Shown in pieces: positions 50,384-52,741 of a stretch of 52,741 nucleotides of DNA. Position 1 is the stretch's first letter. Every line of letters begins with the position of its first letter. The stretch covers positions 1 through 52,741 of the forward strand of contig JAZTYU010000010.1 in assembly GCA_045637165.1 (NCBI GenBank), in the 5' to 3' direction. The position numbers and the translations under genes were made by a program. The notes beneath the pieces are model-generated. The model saw nothing but the letters and a program-made list of their open reading frames with translations. It made no database searches and had not been told where the DNA came from. The DNA comes from Candidatus Enterousia sp. (GTDB taxonomy: Bacteria > Pseudomonadota > Alphaproteobacteria > Rs-D84).

Positions 50384-51603
50384 TTTGAACTATTTTGTTT
50401 TGCGGTTATATCCGCATGACAGTCATGACACAACATCAAACAATTTTCGATTCGTGTTTCGCCACCGTCTGCAAATGCAATCTTGTGATGTGCCTCTAAT
50501 TTATCAAATGGCAACTTTCGGCCACATCGACCACCACAGCACTGACTTTGTTCATTATATGCAATTTTCTGCTGACGCACAGAAAACGCACGATGCCAAA
50601 TCATTGTCCGGTCCCCCGACAGAAGATATTCAAAGAATCCACTTTTCTTTAACCCATCTGGATCATCATCAAAGATTTCATACAACCGTGTCAATTCCGC
50701 CTCTAAGGCATTTGGGTCATAAACATTGTTAGCATATTTATTATACATCAGTCCCCATTCCACCCCCTTCATATCACGACGATAGTGCGGAAATGTATTT
50801 TTAACCCATCGAACAACATTTTCATAGTATTGCCACAAATCATCGGCGGTATCATCCGCACGATGCAATGCCATATATTCGGCAACCGCCGGCCAACAAT
50901 GTTTTTCGCTATCATAATCGGCCTTGGCTGAACCTGTAATCCATCGCAATACCGTTTCCAGCAATTCCTGTCGATTGGCATCCACCCCATTTTGTGCCAG
51001 CAGTGTTTTTCGTTCATCATTATCATAGAACGCCAGATTTATTGCGGGATTATTTATTTTTTTTGAAAATCTAGCCTTGGCATCACTCAGCCATTTTCCG
51101 GTATAATTTGCATTTAACAGTTCTTGGTCTGTCATTTGTTTTCCTGCGATATTTATTGTATGGAACCACTCTAACTTTTCGTCATCTGTTCCGTCACAAA
51201 CAAAGACCTGCAAACGATAATCCAAAATTTCCTTTTGTTTTTCCTGGGTCAGTCCCCCAAACAACTGATTTAATTTTTTATTAAAGTTAATTGCGATTGG
51301 ATTACCATTTCCGTCATTATTTGTCAGGTATTGACAAATAGATATGATACGTTGTTGTCCATCAATAACTTCGAAAGAACCATCGGGATTTTTTGCCCAA
51401 TACATACTGTTCAGTGGCAACCCGTTATAGACCGACGTCATTACCCGGTCACGATCGGCCGGTTCATAAACAAAGGCCCGTTGATAAGCCGGCCGCACGT
51501 TCAATCGTCCGCCCAATGCGACAACACCACCCTGGCCCATATCAGAATATCCATCAACCAAATCCCGAATTGTAATAATCGGCGTTGTTGTTTTCATAAC
51601 CAT
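50362..51603 (-). CDS. DUF262 (GmrS/ParB-like) + HNH endonuclease
   Basis: PAYQR, EVIDGQQR, FHTIN motifs; C-terminal C..C...EAHH...GG.T...N..LC..CH. Confidence 0.9.
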   Translation of the reverse strand: MVMKTTTPIITIRDLVDGYSDMGQGGVVALGGRLNVRPAYQRAFVYEPADRDRVMTSVYNGLPLNSMYWAKNPDGSFEVIDGQQRIISICQYLTNNDGNGNPIAINFNKKLNQLFGGLTQEKQKEILDYRLQVFVCDGTDDEKLEWFHTINIAGKQMTDQELLNANYTGKWLSDAKARFSKKINNPAINLAFYDNDERKTLLAQNGVDANRQELLETVLRWITGSAKADYDSEKHCWPAVAEYMALHRADDTADDLWQYYENVVRWVKNTFPHYRRDMKGVEWGLMYNKYANNVYDPNALEAELTRLYEIFDDDPDGLKKSGFFEYLLSGDRTMIWHRAFSVRQQKIAYNEQSQCCGGRCGRKLPFDKLEAHHKIAFADGGETRIENCLMLCHDCHADITAKQNSSKFLPSRG

Positions 51604-51604
51604 T

Positions 51605-52615
51605 TTAATTCTCCTGTTTTCTTTTTATAAATAACCTTTTATAAATTCGCTCTCCCTCGACCACAGGTTGTGAAATTTTACTATTATTATCCCACAAACC
51701 AGCTGAAAAACCCTTACCCTCGCTTTCTGTTGCCCCAACAATTTCAAATTGATTCGGGTTATATTTATCCAAAAATGTAATCGGCACACCCATAATCCCA
51801 TCATAATCCATTGGAATATTTGAAACCTTGGACACTTCAATCGCATCATAGTTATCATATTTTGGATACATATGTTCAAACCCAAAATATTTCTTTCCTG
51901 TATCCAAAACCTCATTTCGCTTGTTATGTTCCAGATTCGTGAACCAACACACAGCAGGGGTTTTTATATAGTTATCATCTGGATTATAACCTTTGGACTG
52001 AACAAACCTTCTATTCGCCTCTAACGTATTTTTATACATGGTCTTAAAAACCATAGACAAATTAAAACCATACCCCACCCAAATCATATTATTTTTAATT
52101 AAGGGAAATATCTCTTTATATGTAATCGCATTAATATTTCCAATAATCAAAAACTTCTTCTTATACTGCATCAACTGGGCAACATATTCACGAAACAACG
52201 AAAACGGTGGATTGGTTATCACAATATCCGCCGATTTCAACAATTCCACACATTCATCGGACCGAAAATCCCCATCCCCCGCCAGGGGGATTTCCGATAT
52301 ATCCTCGGCACAGATAAAACCGTCACCCGTGTTATCCTTGTCCAGAATATACATTGTGGAACGTTTGCCTGCCTCGTAATGTGTGGCAATAACCTTTTTA
52401 ATTCCAAATGCCTGAAAATTATCAGCCAAATATTTCAAGAAATTTGACTTTGGCGTCCCCAAACCAATTCCATTATGATCATCACAGTTACAATATATAA
52501 CCTTGCCCCGAAAATGGCGTGCATAATTTATCAATTCTTTTTCAATATCTCTATATTGCGTATAAAACTCGTCATTTTTTGCCTTATTCGCTGCATCTAA
52601 CGTATGCTTAGCCAT
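51605..52615 (-). CDS. adenine-specific DNA methyltransferase, EcoRI family
   Basis: AKNDEFYT, IYCNCDD, GDGDFRS.EC, ITNPPFSLFREY, YDNYDAIEV, MGVPITFLDKY; start at MAKHTL. Confidence 0.93.
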   Translation of the reverse strand: MAKHTLDAANKAKNDEFYTQYRDIEKELINYARHFRGKVIYCNCDDHNGIGLGTPKSNFLKYLADNFQAFGIKKVIATHYEAGKRSTMYILDKDNTGDGFICAEDISEIPLAGDGDFRSDECVELLKSADIVITNPPFSLFREYVAQLMQYKKKFLIIGNINAITYKEIFPLIKNNMIWVGYGFNLSMVFKTMYKNTLEANRRFVQSKGYNPDDNYIKTPAVCWFTNLEHNKRNEVLDTGKKYFGFEHMYPKYDNYDAIEVSKVSNIPMDYDGIMGVPITFLDKYNPNQFEIVGATESEGKGFSAGLWDNNSKISQPVVEGERIYKRLFIKRKQEN

Positions 52616-52642
52616 TGTCCCGCCCCCCCCCTTCGGCACAAC

Positions 52643-52671
52643 AAAAAAACCGCCATCGGGAAATGGCGGTC
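52643..52671 (-). terminator. intrinsic terminator just upstream of the MTase
   Basis: ACCGCCAT-TTCCCG-ATGGCGGT-TTTTTT. Confidence 0.75.
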
Positions 52672-52741
52672 GGGGTGTTAGAAAAATCATATACAGACAT
52701 GACCCCGTCGGCCTTTGGGGTTACCCCCTGTTGTATAGCCG

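Noticed and set aside
52672-52741. Riboswitch or leader peptide upstream of the MTase
   Set aside because: A short ACCCC/GGGGT hairpin is present, but the region is cut by the window edge and may be the end of an upstream gene

Overview
Gene-dense bacterial chromosome segment in the standard genetic code. The housekeeping genes (eno, prmC, htpX, tdk, pth, polA, corA, acpS, carD, bamE, nifJ, ctpA, envC, tyrS, rpsF-rpsR-rplI) look alphaproteobacterial. Shuffled gene order, pyruvate:flavodoxin oxidoreductase and many lineage-specific Cys-rich exported proteins suggest a reduced-genome, anaerobic, host-associated lineage such as Rs-D84/Ca. Enterousia (inference, not tested). The window also holds three tRNAs, five outer-membrane barrel genes, a MotA/MotB-like pair plus an OmpA lipoprotein, a Fic + kinase cassette, and an EcoRI-family methyltransferase paired with a DUF262-HNH nuclease. 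Main leads: (1) twin covarying RNA hairpins with an identical loop in an OMP 5' leader; (2) a tRNA-Leu with the rare AAG anticodon; (3) a Pol I with Gln at the steric-gate Glu and a new Glu in QGTAAD; (4) a His-less Fic protein plus APH-like kinase between envC and ctpA; (5) a 182-bp-period repeat anchored on the tRNA-Arg 3' end; (6) unannotated small genes (metallothionein-like peptide, 54-aa ORF, candidate sRNA). No CRISPR array, integrase or transposase was seen. All calls come from manual motif reading; no database searches were run.
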